Shown: positions 14,691 through 28,720 of the stretch, piece after piece
How the letters are laid out: each line of letters opens with the position of its first letter
Position numbering within the stretch: the first letter of the stretch is position 1
DNA from: Octopus bimaculoides
Lineage: Eukaryota
DNA: 63,853 nt
Assembly (NCBI RefSeq): GCF_001194135.2
Contig: NC_068989.1
Coordinates: 85,542,819-85,606,671 of the forward strand
Direction: 5' to 3'
The notes under the pieces: model-generated
Database searches by the model: none
Seen by the model: only the letters and a program-made list of their open reading frames with translations
Told to the model about the DNA's origin: nothing
Made by a program: the position numbers and the translations under genes

Positions 14691-15367
14691 CACATATACA
14701 TCATCATCATCATTTAATGTCCATTTTCCATGCTGGCATAGATTGGATGGTTTTGACAGGAGTTAGCAAGGCCAGGAGTCACACCAGGCTCCATTGTGTT
14801 TTCTAGCACGGTTTCTATGGTTGAATGCTATTGTGTGTGTATGCGCACACACACACACACACATACAAATGTTAACATTACAACTGGTTGTTCTACACTT
14901 TTGAAGATCAGTGCAAGTGCCTTTTACTTTAGTCTCAAACTGACCAAAGCCTTAAGAGCGGATCCAGATGACAGAAGCTGTAAAAACCATGCCAAAACAG
15001 ACAGTGAAGCCTGGTGCAGTCTTCTGGCTGGTCAGCTCCTGTTAAACCATCCAATCTATGCCAGCATAAAAAGCAGACATTATATAATAATGATGATGAT
15101 GATGATGATGTGTGTGTGTGTTTGTGTGTGTTACTGCTTCCTTGCCTTGACAGCATGTGATAGTTGTAAACAAATGTTGGCCAGCCATGCAGTAACGGCC
15201 TTCATTTTTAATATTCTGTGAAAAAACTGTCTGGATGTGGGGAAATATTACCTTGTCTGGAAACAGGTCAGAGTTGGTGACGAGAAGGGCATCTGGCTGT
15301 AGAAAATCTGCCTCAACAAAATTCTGTCTGAACTATACAAGCATGGAAAATGGAATGCTGACATGAT

Positions 15368-15441
<74 letters not shown>

Positions 15442-15800
15442 ATTTAATGTCTGTTGTCCATGCTGGCATGGGTTGGACGGTTTGACTGGGCTGACACACT
15501 GGAAGGCTGCACCAGACTCCAGTTCTGATTTGGCATGGTTTTCTACGGCTTGATGCCCTTCCTAACACCAACCACTCCGAGAGTGTAATGAGTGCTTTTA
15601 CATACCACCAGAATAGGTGCCATTTGTGTGACACCAGGGTGCTTTTACGTGCCACTGGCACAGGTGCCAATTTGCACGACACCGGTATCTGCCACGACTG
15701 CGATTTTGCTCAGCTTGATGGGTCTTCTTCTCAAGCACAACATAATGCCAGCAGTCTTAGTCATTGCCTCCATGATGCCCAACACTTGAAAGGGACTATA

Positions 15801-16695
15801 TAAGTTAGTATCAAATAGTTCTGCAGGGCACCAACAGATGGCAGCACATGGTTGCATATTCAGTGACCTTCATGAGGCAGTGAGCCAAGTGACATTGCTA
15901 TGTTTGCTTCACAAGTTGTGAAATTTGTGTTTTTGTTATCATGTGTATGTTGTAGTCTGCAATTTTTTTCATGGACAGGAACAAAGAGCCAATGTGAAAT
16001 TTTGCATTAAACTTGGGAAGTCTGCTACAGAGACATTGAGCATGCTTCAGTAAGCTTACAGCGATGAGGCAATGGGTTGTATGCAATGTTTTGAGTGGCA
16101 TAGGCACTTCAAAAGCAGAAAGAATGCCCCGGAAAATGAAAACGATCTGGAAGACCTGCCACGAATGTAACTCCTGGAAATGTGGTATTGTGCATCGAGA
16201 GTTCAGCCCCCAGGGCCAGAACATTAATCAAGAGTTCTGCTGTGATGTTTTGAAGTATTTGAAGGAGGATATTTGGTGAAAGCAACCAGATTTGTGGAGC
16301 ACAAAGAATTGGATTCTTCACAGCAACAAAGCACCCTGTCACCAAGCTCTCCTTATTTGTGAATTTCTTGCCAAAACCAACATGGTATTGCTTCCACACT
16401 CTCCCTATTCACCAGATTTAGCACCTGTGGACTTCCATCTCTTCCCCAAGATAAAAATGCAGCTCAAAGGTTGCCGTTTTAACACAGTTGTCAAAATCCA
16501 GAGCAAATCATAGAAGGTCCTCAACTTGTTTACAGAAAACAACTTCCAGGTGGGATTCCAAAAGTGGCGCGAATGCTGGGATCGGTGTATTGCTGTGCAA
16601 GGTGACTATTTTGAAGGAGATAATGTTAAAACTTAGGTAAATAAGTTATTTTTTATTGAACTTAACTAGTCTGACAACCTTTTGATACCATCTCA
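15801..16695 (+). mobile_element. Internally deleted mariner (Tc1/mariner) transposon relic
   Basis: Frame-broken N-terminal HTH (QRANVKFCIKLGKSATETLSMLQ) and catalytic C-terminus (NWILHSNKAPCHQ, PHSPYSPDLAPVDFHLFPKIKMQLKG). Degenerate TIRs TAAGTTAGTATCAAATAGT / TGAGATGGTATCAAAAGGT; TA at the left flank. Confidence 0.88.
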
Positions 16696-16715
16696 TGTGC
16701 GAGTGTGTATGTATG

Positions 16716-16776
<61 letters not shown>

Positions 16777-17689
16777 TGTAGGCCGCCAATTATGAAGGTT
16801 TAGCAGAGGGATTGTTGTAAAGCCACCAGGACCAGTGAAGTAAGTGTGTCAGTCTAGTCTATGAATGAGTGAGCGAGTGAGATAAGGAGGGGAGAGAGGC
16901 AATGAGTGAGTAGACACTCCTAGATGAGGTCAAACTACTATGAGAGAAACAAAGTCAGACAACTATCAAGATATCTCTATCAACAGGAAACACACAACAA
17001 CACACACATACGTACAAATGCAACAGTAGCAAGGTTGGGGAAGGAGACAAGTTAGGTAGAGCAATTTCATTGTCGAACTTCGAAAAGGATTGGTTTATAG
17101 ATATATGCTTTCTGTGTGAGTGCATGCGTATGTGTGTGCGAGTCTGTAAATGTGCATGTGTCTGTCTGAGGAGTCTGACAAACAAAGACCAAATAGTACA
17201 TCAAAACATCTAGTTTAGTGCTCTACTTATTTTGCCAAACATTTGTTCACCATATTTTACATACAGCTTATGCTTCAAGAACACTACCTTTATCAGCTGC
17301 TGACAGGAGATCAAAATAATTTTGGCACTTCCCAACAATATCACTTCCTGCAGTAGTGCCAACCACTGAGACTACTACGAGGAATGGCCAGGTTCTCTTG
17401 GCCCACACTTCAGCAACTTTTTCTCCTCCTGTTGTCTATACAGCCAACACACAACTCCACACGAGGGACAAGTGAAACTATTCCAACTATTTTTGCTTTA
17501 CTAATCACTGAGGTTTTACCATTCGCTCTCAATTTTGGTCTTTCTTTCAGATACCCCAGCCATATTCATGATGAAGCATTTTCTCTGTCCATTTTGTGAA
17601 TCAGCTGCTCTGGTATTTAGCTACAAACCCACGATATTTTTCTATTCAAAATATTATACACTAACATCTTCGTAACTTGCACAATAATT

Positions 17690-17995
17690 TCAGTCCTTCA
17701 TATTTTATCCACCATTTTTATCCATGGACCCCTTTAATTACTATTTTATTCTGATGGACCCCCACCCCATAGCCATTTGAGGTTTATAAACTAGTTTTAT
17801 ATAACCATTCAAAATCCCTGTTGTTTTTCACACATGAATAGTTGAACTGTGTAAAATATTAGCGAAATAAACCTAGCTGTTCCTTGCAATACATACCACT
17901 ACATACATTTTTCAAGGGCCTTTAAAATATTGTGGTCCCCCAAAAATCTTATATGGATCCTCAGGGGCCATATGGACCCTGGTTGAGAACCATTG
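17690..17995. mobile_element. hAT-like MITE right end (left end not identified)
   Basis: Ends GGACCCTGGTTGAGAACCATTG, resembling the CAGTGGTTCTCAACC hAT/Charlie terminus. Confidence 0.4.
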
Positions 17996-19199
17996 TTTAT
18001 GTCCTTCCTTTTATGTGCCGCCCACTTCATATTACATTTTTGAAACATTACCAACTCAACAACCAGAAGGTCGGGATATTTCTCCATCATTACAATATGG
18101 CTTGGGAACACAATACTAAGTAAATTAAGGGCTTCGGTAAATTAAGGGCTTCAAAAGTCAATGAGCTATGGGAATGAAAGTGAATCAGTGCAGAACTTTC
18201 CTATAAAGGACCTTATAAAGACTCATCCAATAATCAAGGCTATCATACATTTGTGGTCTTGAAGAGGGGGGGAGAAACAAGCCTTAGTGATGCAACGAGA
18301 TTCTTCTGTAACTGCAAAGGAATCAATTAAACAGATGCTGAAATGTTGTATCAGAGAAAAGCTGCAGAAGAATGGTTGAGAGGTGGTAAGTGAAAGACAG
18401 GATTTAGTCTCCCACAGAAATACAGGAATTTGGTGGGGGTGGGGAATAGAAGATTATTTTTAGCTTATTGTGGCATATGGCAGCTATCTAGGATTTCAGC
18501 AGTGGTTGGCTGGTAGGTAGGTAGGAAAGATAGCCCTAGACATCTCAGATATTCTGCAGTCACATGGAATGTGGGAGTTAATAAATCTTGTAGTGATGAG
18601 CAACTGAACTAAAACAAGAAAGGGAACTTGAAGACGATCACTAGACCTTTTAGAAATAGCAGCTGAAACTCCTTCATACTCTGTTGGCTTAAAAAAATAA
18701 AGGACATATTGGTTAACATGGTCCTAGATAAACTGTATCTAAAACAAAAATTTTTTAATGGAATAGTTACAGCTAGAATACTTTTGAGATCAGTTTGATT
18801 ATAGAGGACTTAGGACTAAACAACATTATCAGATCAAGTGCAACCCGAATTTTGACAACCACAAAAATTTTGAATTCAAATCCACAGCATTGCTATGAGA
18901 TAGTTTATCAGTACACCTAATTCCACCTGCTTCAGCCCACACCTAGGCTATTGAGAACAAGGAATGTTAACAGGGCTAAACAGGTGTCCTATCCAGTAAG
19001 ATAATTATCCCTACAATCACACCATACCATGAAATCAGAGATTGGTAGTGGTTACTAATAAGCCCATTGGGACTTTAGAGACAATTGTATGTCTATGTGG
19101 TGAGAAGCTTGCTTCCCAACCACATGGTTCTGGGTTCAGTTCCACTGCTAATCAAAGCCTTATGAGTGGATTTGGTAGACAGAAACTGAAAGAAGCCCA

Positions 19200-19243
<44 letters not shown>

Positions 19244-20025
19244 CCCACCACTTGACAACCAGTGTTGGTGTGTTTACCTCCTCATAACTTACAGGTTCGG
19301 CAAAAGAGACTTCTAGGATAAATACCAGGCTTAACAAAAAATAAGTACTGGAGTCAATTCATTCACAGCAGCGCCCCAGCATGGCAATGGTCTAATGACT
19401 GAAACGAGTGAAAGATGAAAGCTCTGCCAACAGAATACTAAAAAAATAAAATACACATGTACATCATTCATCGTCATTTTACATCTACCTTCCACGCTGG
19501 CATGGGTCGGACAGCTCATCACAATCCAAACCAATTCCTTTTCAGAGTTATTGCCCTCCTAGATGGATTTGAGGATTACAGCTTGCTTGTACATTGGTTT
19601 TGGTTTGGTTTCTGTGGCTGGATAGTCTTCCTATCACTAAGGTGCAGTGTGTGTGTATGTGTTAAACTTTTACAAGACGTGTAACAGTGACTTTGAAGCT
19701 TTGGCCTGCTAGCCATCCTCAGACAGTCCAACAAAAGCAAGCAGGTCAAAAGTCACAGTCTCACCCTCTTGTAAAAGTTTAATAAACATGTACTTTACTA
19801 AAAAGTATTGATATTAAATGCAAAATTGCTTTTATATGTAATTTGACATAAAAAACTGAACTGTGGCAATACTGGGAAAACACATTCAATGAATATTAGT
19901 CAGCTATATTGATCCCAGTATGCATCTGGTGCATATTTTATCGATCCTGCAAGAAATGAAAGGCACATCAATGAAGATATCAATGGAGTTAATTAGGACT
20001 AAATACCATTCATCCAGTGCTGATC

Positions 20026-20066
<41 letters not shown>

Positions 20067-22775
20067 TTTATGCATACAACTACATCATTAAATTTCACTC
20101 ACAAATCTTCATTCACTATGAAACTGTAACAAAACACTCTTGCCCATGGTGCCACACAGAGGGACCAAACCTGGAACCATGTGGTTCAGAAGTGATGTTT
20201 TTAACAGCAAAGAAAATGACCAAAGAAAACATGGAGGGGACAGGTAGAGGAGGAGATTGAGAGGCTTGAGGAGGGAGGATGCCCAAAATCGGGTGAGATG
20301 GCAAGATGGTGTGAGAGCAGTTGCTGTAAGAGTGAGGTAGATCCGGCCAGCCCTGTTAACAGGGACAAACCCGGATTCAAAATATTGGACAAGGGAGACA
20401 TGCATATATAGATGCATAACCTTTACAATATATTTGTTCCATGTTTAAAAACAACATCTATATTGGTCCAAGGGAAATACAGCAGTCACTAATATTGCTT
20501 TGTACTATAGGCACAAGGCCTGAAATTGTACATGGGGGTGGGCTGTAGTTGATTACATCAATCCAAGCGCTCAACTGTTACTTATGTTATTGACCCCAAA
20601 AGGATGAAAGGCAAAACTGACCTCAGCAGACTTTGAACTCAGAACGTACAGCCAGAAGAAATGCCACTATGCATTTTGTTTGGTGTACTAACAATTCTGC
20701 CAGTTTGAGGGAAATATGGCAGCTCCTAATATTGCTAACAGATCCAGCAAGAAAGCTACCAAGAGAATAGGGTGGTAGCAGTGTAGACAGGTGCACAAGA
20801 TGACAGATAGCACCAATTAAACTCATTAATGCCAGTTTCACACTGGAGCGTATGATAGCTAAGTGCTAAAGAGAGAGAAGTTGATGTTCAACCTGCTTTA
20901 TCTTAACAAAAGTACATACCACCATCTCTCAGAGATTCTCATCTCATTTCATCTCCTTCACTGTAGCAAGGAACTCTGACAGAGGCTATCAACTTTCAAT
21001 GCACGTTATTAACACAATATAATTGGTCAGTAATTATCTGGATATGAGCACTGCCACACAGGAGAATTAACGAAGATGACAGAAACCAACAAGAGAGATC
21101 TTATTGAAATGGTAGGAAAATCCTCCTCAAATTACATCCTACTGTCTTTTGAAAAGAAGGGAGAAAAAGAACACATTCGATGATGTAGTCCTAGATACAT
21201 TGTCTGAATAGAAGACAGGATGGTTTCAGAATGTCTTTGATCACAGGTCAGCTTTATCAAGACTGATCAGCAAAGCTAATCCATGATCAAAGACTGCAAT
21301 AAAACAACAACAATAAAGACAGGTATTTATAATTGGCTAAAAAAAATTTTTAAAGACAAAAATGAATTTTTTTTTTTAAATGAGACGTTAACAGTGATCC
21401 TGGATAAGCAGAATGTAATGTGAAACTTTAATATCACCTAATGTGTTTATGAATTGATATCATGGAGGAACCTGATCTTGGGTAGGGCAAAACACGTATC
21501 AAATATCACTGAAATATTTTTACATCACCATTTCAGATAGATAAGTAAGGGAGTGGGGCAAACATTATCCTTAAATGAATTAATATATAGTACATCTAGC
21601 CATCTCTTGCAAATGTGTATGGCTTGGAAGTATGTATGTGTATGGCTTGGTAGTACGGCTTACACAAATTTTGTTTTTTTGTTGGTACTTCTGTAGTCAT
21701 GAGCATAGGCACCTTTTCAACCCCTTAGCCTCAAGCCAGCAGAACATCCAATATATGACAAATGGAGGGAGAGAGAGCTGCACCAATAATCAGCTGGTAC
21801 TCATTACAGCTGAATAGATGGAGTGATGTGAAATGAAGTATGTTGCTCAAGGACATAATGCACTACCAGTCCTAGGAACTGAACTCGTGACCATATGGCT
21901 ACAAGCCAAACTTATTAGCAGGTCACATGCCTTAGCATCATCATCATTTAATGCTCACTTTTCCATGCCTGCATGAGTCAGGCGGAATTTGTTGATGCAG
22001 ACTTTCTATGGTTGAATGCCCTTCCTGCTGCCAACTCTCACCTGTTTGCAAGCAAGGTAATATTTCACATGGCCAAACATGTTCTTCTTGGAAATTAGGA
22101 AACAAACAACACTGCTTGTATGAAGACGATACTCATTTACAACCATTACAACCAAGATACCAAAACAAGCAGACACACACACACAAACAGGCCTCTTTCA
22201 GTTTTTATCTACAAAATCCACTACATTTTGTCCAGTATGCAAACGATTCTGCCAGCTTTCACCTTTCATAATAACAATTTGTATTGAAATTGCGTAAGCA
22301 TACAAACTGATACTGGTGTATATGTTTATGTACCTTTCTCACCAACATATATCCCGCAGTGTGCATAATTTAAGTCATATACATGTGATTTAACACACAG
22401 GCACGCGTGTGTGTGTGTGTGTTCAGTTCCACTGCACGGCACTTTGGGCCAGTGTCTACTGATATAACCTCAGGCCAATTAAAGCCTTGTAAAGAGATTT
22501 GGTTAGACAGAAACGGAAAGAAACTTGTCGTATATATTATATAAATGTCTGTTTGTATCTATGTGTGCAGTCTATGTTTGTGGGGGGGGGGGGTCTCTCC
22601 TACTACCGCTTGACAACCGGTGTTCGTTTGTTTAAGTCCCCGTAACTCAATAGTTAGGCAAAAGAGACCGATAGAAAAAGTCCGAGGTTAAAAAAAAAAG
22701 TAGTGGGATCGATTCGTTCGACTGAACCCTTCAAGGCGATGCCCAAGCATGGCCGCAAACCAATGCCTAACAAGT

Positions 22776-22813
<38 letters not shown>

Positions 22814-22876
22814 AGGGAAAAGCGCAGCAAAAACTAAGGCAGGACGAGTAAATCATATATTCTTTTGTTGTCTTAC

Positions 22877-23088
22877 CATTTCTGTCAATGTATATATATT
22901 AGAGAGACAGACAGACAGACAGACATATCCTCCACACTTTCTCTCTCTCTCTACGTTACAATCCACCAGTCTCTTACTGCTGTCAGTATATGCAGAAGTA
23001 AAAGGTGAAAGCCATTGCAAGACAGCATTTGTCACACTGACACACAGCAACTGGTCAATGTAGCAGCTAGCTGCTGCTGCTGTTGCTG
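22877..23088 (-). other. Candidate alternative first/5' exon of the LRRFIP gene ending ATG|GTAAGA (phase 0)
   Basis: Good donor at 22876 directly after an ATG. Weak acceptor at 23089-23090. A strong upstream donor ATGA|GTAAGT at 23220 is phase-compatible. Lies in a locally CpG-richer zone. No expression data. Confidence 0.3.
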
Positions 23089-26000
23089 CTACCAGTGACA
23101 CATGCAAGCAGAGACACCACTGTTGACTTAATTGTCTATTTCCGTCTGTATAGACTTTAGCTAACTGCCGACACTAACAGACACACACACAGATCTATAC
23201 AAGACTATAGACTAACTTACTCATTGCCGACTTCACGCTCGGTTTTCCACAATATGTGTAGAATACAGTGAGCTCTTAAACTTCGATCAACTGATATTAT
23301 CCATGCATTCGATGGATAAAAACTCCGTTTAAGTACGTTTAAAATCTAAAAACAATGTGGTTGAAATATTTTGAGAATATTTGACAATAAAAATTACTCT
23401 GAATTACTGTAAATCACGGTGGCCGAACAGATGCCCCTTATTTAAAATCATTATTGCTATAACAATATGGTATTTATTTGTTTGAATTTTAATTACTAGA
23501 GCATTATATTGTTAATGCTAAGGTCGATTAAGAGATTTACTTTAAAAAATTGCTGGCCTTCTGCCAAAAATTAAAACCACTATTATTATTATTATTATTA
23601 TTATTGTTGTTGTTGATATCATTCATGTTCGAAACTGAAAGGAAATCTCTAAGTTGCAAGAATAAGAAAAAAAAATATTGAGTCATTTCTGCTATTTTAC
23701 TTCGCGATGAAGCCTCGAAGTGGTTGCTCGAGCTGCGAGAAATCGTTCCCATATTTCCCCTCTAATTACAACCTTCCCCATCGTAAACAACAATGACAAT
23801 ACAAAACTGCGACAGCAAAACAAAACACAAATGTCTCGAAGTATGTAGATGATTAACAAAACAATTCCGAACTATAAAACAAGGAAGTATTCCATTATGA
23901 CAAATAAACTGGCCACACAACACAGCGTCAAGGGAAAATACCTTCCACAGTTACCAAACGAAACACCAGATTGTCTTTTGGAGAAAGTGAAACTACCACG
24001 TTAACGATTGCTACGTAAACACATACACACACGTGTGTGTGTGTGTACGTGTGAGTGTGTGTGTGTGTGTGTGTACGTGTGTGATGTCAACAACTGCTAC
24101 ATAGCGGTTGGCAAAAACGTATAATTGTCAACAGCGGCTGAAAAGATAAATAATCACTTGATGTCTCACGAAGTAACTAGCCGCAAATACTCCATATTTT
24201 CTTTGTGGATATATTTGAGGTCCATTTTTCCTGTCTGTTTAAGTTATATAGACGATGCCATAGCACTAACTACCTACATATAGCGATTTATTAAATGTAT
24301 TTGAACAAAATAAACACATATGTGAACTTATATGCCTAGATATACATACGCCAAACATTCAATCACATAAGAGCCAACAAGGAAGTCTTTACATGGTCGA
24401 TCAACTTGCTACAAAAGAGTAGCCAAATCTTCGTCAAATCACCGCCTCCTCCTTCTTAGATGAAAAGACGGGATTGTCACGGTTGGTCAGCTCGATCAGA
24501 TCTGACCTGGGGCTAAACAAGAACTCAGTCACAAAGAGGATGCGGAACATATGAATATCGCGATAAAAAAAGAATGAGTATGTGGGAAAGTGGGAGAGAA
24601 GTGTGTGTGTGTTTGCGGGTGCGCGCGCATCTTTATGAAACAGATCCTGTGTTTTTATTTAAGTTTATGGTCAGCCCTGACCGAACAGACCAAATTATCA
24701 ATGATATCCCGGACATAACCACATAGCATTTGCTTTCGTTTTATTTTCATACAATCTGACCTTTCTTTTTAAGGACGATTGGGAGATTTGATCGTTATTT
24801 CTAGCAGGTCGTTCGCCTTATAATGAGGTTCCATCCTTGGCTATGGAGAGAGCGAGATGAAGGAAGAGAGAGATGGGGAATGCGATGGCAGCACCAGCAT
24901 GCAACTATATAACTGATGATACCGGCACAGCTCCTGTGCAATGGACAGATTTATGTTAAACACCTTTAAGCAACACACACTCACACAGGTTTCTTATATA
25001 GAACATGCACGCATGCATATGTGTGGATGTTTCGATTTGTGATTTCTCACCAAGAATCTTACAAAACAAATACAAGAATATACACATACACAAAACGTTA
25101 CAGAATTTGAAGTGCGGAAGATTTGATGGTATATTTTTACATTCACATCTGCTTTGTGAGATGAGTGTAATAGTAAAATGATTACTGGGGAAAGGACAGA
25201 GAATTAATGGGACAAAAATGTAAAAGAATTCAATTTTTGGACAAGAAATTCTTTCACACAAGAAAGCAACCACTCAATTCCTTGGCCTCTTGTTTTTCCG
25301 AGAGTTAGTGATTGATAAACTACCGAAAGACGACCGATCTGAGATTACACAAGTCTCATGAGACGAATGTAATAGTAAGCTCACCCAAGTTCATGACTGG
25401 TACTTATTTTACCGACGGCAGAAATATTAATAAACCGACTTGGACAGGAATTGAACACAGAACATAAAGGACTATAAATACACAGCGCTCCCATAATTCT
25501 ATCAATCTATATTAACATTGTGTACATGGCAGGAAAAAAAAACTGAAGACTACTGAATATAAGTCAGTCGCAATGTAGACACACACACACATGTATACAT
25601 ACATATATATATACACACATACACACCATGTATATATATATATATTTATCATGTGTGAGAAGGTAATCTTACTGTAAGTGTATATTAAGCCATTTAAGCA
25701 ACATTCAGATTTCCCCTATAACATTACAGGAAGGATAGGGATGATTCGTTAAGTGTGTATATATACATATATACACACACACACACACATACACCCATAG
25801 ACATAAATCCCATGCGCAATACTACACATTGACATGTGTGTTGCCAGATACATACAAACCTAATACGCAACCACAAATATACATACACACACACACACAC
25901 ACACACAAATACAACGCGCAGTAGCACACGGATTCACTTGTATGTGTGTGTCTATATGTAATTTTTTTTTTTTTTCAATAACCAATTAACGCAATATGTG

Positions 26001-26106
26001 AGGTCCGGTTAAATGTTTCTAATTTTTAAGTAAACAATGATTAAAATGCTTTGCCAAATCAGGTTTTTGAAACTGCCTGAAGAGCCAAATTTAGCGAAAC
26101 GTATTG

Positions 26107-26137
<31 letters not shown>

Positions 26138-27100
26138 NNNNNNNNNNNNNNNNNNNNNNNNNNNNNNNNNNNNNNNNNNNNNNNNNNNNNNNNNNNNNNN
26201 NNNNNNNNNNNNNNNNNNNNNNNNNNNNNNNNNNNNNNNNNNNNNNNNNNNNNNNNNNNNNNNNNNNNNNNNNNNNNNNNNNNNNNNNNNNNNNNNNNNN
26301 NNNNNNNNNNNNNNNNNNNNNNNNNNNNNNNNNNNNNNNNNNNNNNNNNNNNNNNNNNNNNNNNNNNNNNNNNNNNNNNNNNNNNNNNNNNNNNNNNNNN
26401 NNNNNNNNNNNNNNNNNNNNNNNNNNNNNNNNNNNNNNNNNNNNNNNNNNNNNNNNNNNNNNNNNNNNNNNNNNNNNNNNNNNNNNNNNNNNNNNNNNNN
26501 NNNNNNNNNNNNNNNNNNNNNNNNNNNNNNNNNNNNNNNNNNNNNNNNNNNNNNNNNNNNNNNNNNNNNNNNNNNNNNNNNNNNNNNNNNNNNNNNNNNN
26601 NNNNNNNNNNNNNNNNNNNNNNNNNNNNNNNNNNNNNNNNNNNNNNNNNNNNNNNNNNNNNNNNNNNNNNNNNNNNNNNNNNNNNNNNNNNNNNNNNNNN
26701 NNNNNNNNNNNNNNNNNNNNNNNNNNNNNNNNNNNNNNNNNNNNNNNNNNNNNNNNNNNNNNNNNNNNNNNNNNNNNNNNNNNNNNNNNNNNNNNNNNNN
26801 NNNNNNNNNNNNNNNNNNNNNNNNNNNNNNNNNNNNNNNNNNNNNNNNNNNNNNNNNNNNNNNNNNNNNNNNNNNNNNNNNNNNNNNNNNNNNNNNNNNN
26901 NNNNNNNNNNNNNNNNNNNNNNNNNNNNNNNNNNNNNNNNNNNNNNNNNNNNNNNNNNNNNNNNNNNNNNNNNNNNNNNNNNNNNNNNNNNNNNNNNNNN
27001 NNNNNNNNNNNNNNNNNNNNNNNNNNNNNNNNNNNNNNNNNNNNNNNNNNNNNNNNNNNNNNNNNNNNNNNNNNNNNNNNNNNNNNNNNNNNNNNNNNNN
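26138..27100. other. Largest assembly gap (N run)
   Basis: Other gaps at about 826, 2030, 5114, 9468, 12875, 29191, 34923, 36336, 46173 and 58010, mostly bounded by microsatellites. Confidence 0.99.
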
Positions 27101-27146
<46 letters not shown>

Positions 27147-27193
27147 GTGTATCTATCTTTCATGGTGTGTTGTAATGGAGTAATAGGACTTAC

Positions 27194-27283
27194 CTCTCGT
27201 GCAATCTGATCCAAAGCTTGATCCTCGGCCGTATAGGCTTTCGTTGTTATTCTTCTTCGTCCTGAGTTGGCTGTAGAAGTCAT
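27194..27283 (-). CDS. LRRFIP2: LRRFIP1/2 (leucine-rich repeat flightless-interacting protein) homologue, first coding exon
   Basis: Encodes MTSTANSGRRRITTKAYTAEDQALDQIARE, matching from memory the LRRFIP N-terminus (SGRKR...AEDEALSNIARE). Ends GAG|GTAAGT, phase 0, where the family continues into AEARLAAKR. No such exon 2 found in 1-27193, so intron 1 probably runs off the left edge. Confidence 0.9.
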
Positions 27284-28479
27284 TTTGGCGAATGTTTTAC
27301 AAACCTTTATTTATTCCACTTCTTCCTCTTCCACTACTCCTTTGATTTAGCGTTTATCAATTAATTAACCTGACTTATTAATTAAATTAACCTCCTCGGA
27401 TGTATGTTGGCTTGTCCTTATAAACGTTGACATAAAGGGTTGCGGTATATAATATATATATATCCTTATGTGCGTTTACATTATATTGTTATACACACCA
27501 TTGTGTGAGAAAAAGGAAGACCCAACCCAAAATGTATTTGGTGTCGCCACAGGTTGTTTTACAAATGTGTTTAGCTGTATAATGTTTATGAATATATATG
27601 TGTGTATAAATATGTGGTATGTGTGTCTAAGATTGTGTGAGCACTAGATGCCAAAGGTATATTTATAGTTATGTATATTTATGGGTGTAAGTGTGTGTAA
27701 ATATGCCTAAGTATAACTAGGAGTGTGTGCGTAGGTAAAAAGGTTGTGTCGGTATTCCCCGACACTTACAGATCGATAAACTATTATTATTAATAGTGTA
27801 AATCAGAATCATATACATGTATGTAAATGAGAATAGTGAAACCTCCAAGCACTACATTACATACAACAGCTACCTCTTATCATATAATGAAATTTTCTTA
27901 TTGCGGGTGTTGTTGTAACATACACACAGACACAAGCACGCACATACAATTAATTATAAAGAGGAGGAGGGTTGCTGTAAAAGGTTAATTATCGATTTTG
28001 TAGTCCCGGTAAAAATAAATAAATAAAAACTTGTGATAAATCCAGAAAGACAGAATGTAATATGTATATAGAAAGAGAGAGAAAAGGGAGACAGCAACGA
28101 AATGTGTTGTTATTTTTTTCTCTCTGCTGTCTTGTTTCTTTTTCCTTCCACAGCAATCTGAAGTTGAGGAGTTTGTTGTATCGATTGAATGACAATCAGC
28201 TGGACTTGAAGCACATGGATTTAAAGATATATAATTGACAACGGATGGAACGGAACACAACTTGATCTTGGTTGTTTCTAAACTGACGATATATCATCTA
28301 TAAATATATATACATCTATCTGCGTGTATATATATATATATATCTGTAAAGAGAGAAGAGAGAGACAGAACAGAAAATTCTGAAACAATTCAATCCACCA
28401 TTTTTTGTCTCTCGCTCTCTCTCTCTACTTCTTTTTCTTTCTCTTTCTTCCTTTTCTCTCTTTCTATCTCTCTCTCTAT

Positions 28480-28720
28480 CTCTCAAGTTATCAGTATAAA
28501 CACCCGGATGTCAGCCTCGCTTTCACTCAGTTTCAGCCGAAGTAACTCTAGCGTCTGCTGGGACAGAGCATTCAACCGGAAGTTCGATGGATACCTTTCT
28601 ACAAAAGTCATAGGCAACTTGCAACGCGTGAGATCTTCCAGCGGAAAATTACCTTTACTTCTTTTCAATAAAGCAGACCGCTCTTCGAAGAAAGGTTGCC
28701 CATGCCTGTTCTATACGAAC
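28480..28720 (-). promoter_or_regulatory. Probable LRRFIP promoter region
   Basis: CpG-retaining unique sequence about 1.2 kb upstream of the ATG, with ETS-type motifs CCGGAAGT (28576-28583) and CCGGATGT (28504-28511). Confidence 0.45.

Noticed and set aside
17290-17620. AG/GT-bounded unique segment as LRRFIP exon 2
   Set aside because: Stops in all three frames and no AEARLAAKR similarity.
26009-27283. 424-aa ORF
   Set aside because: Only the first 30 codons are the LRRFIP exon; the rest is intron, (AT)n and N.
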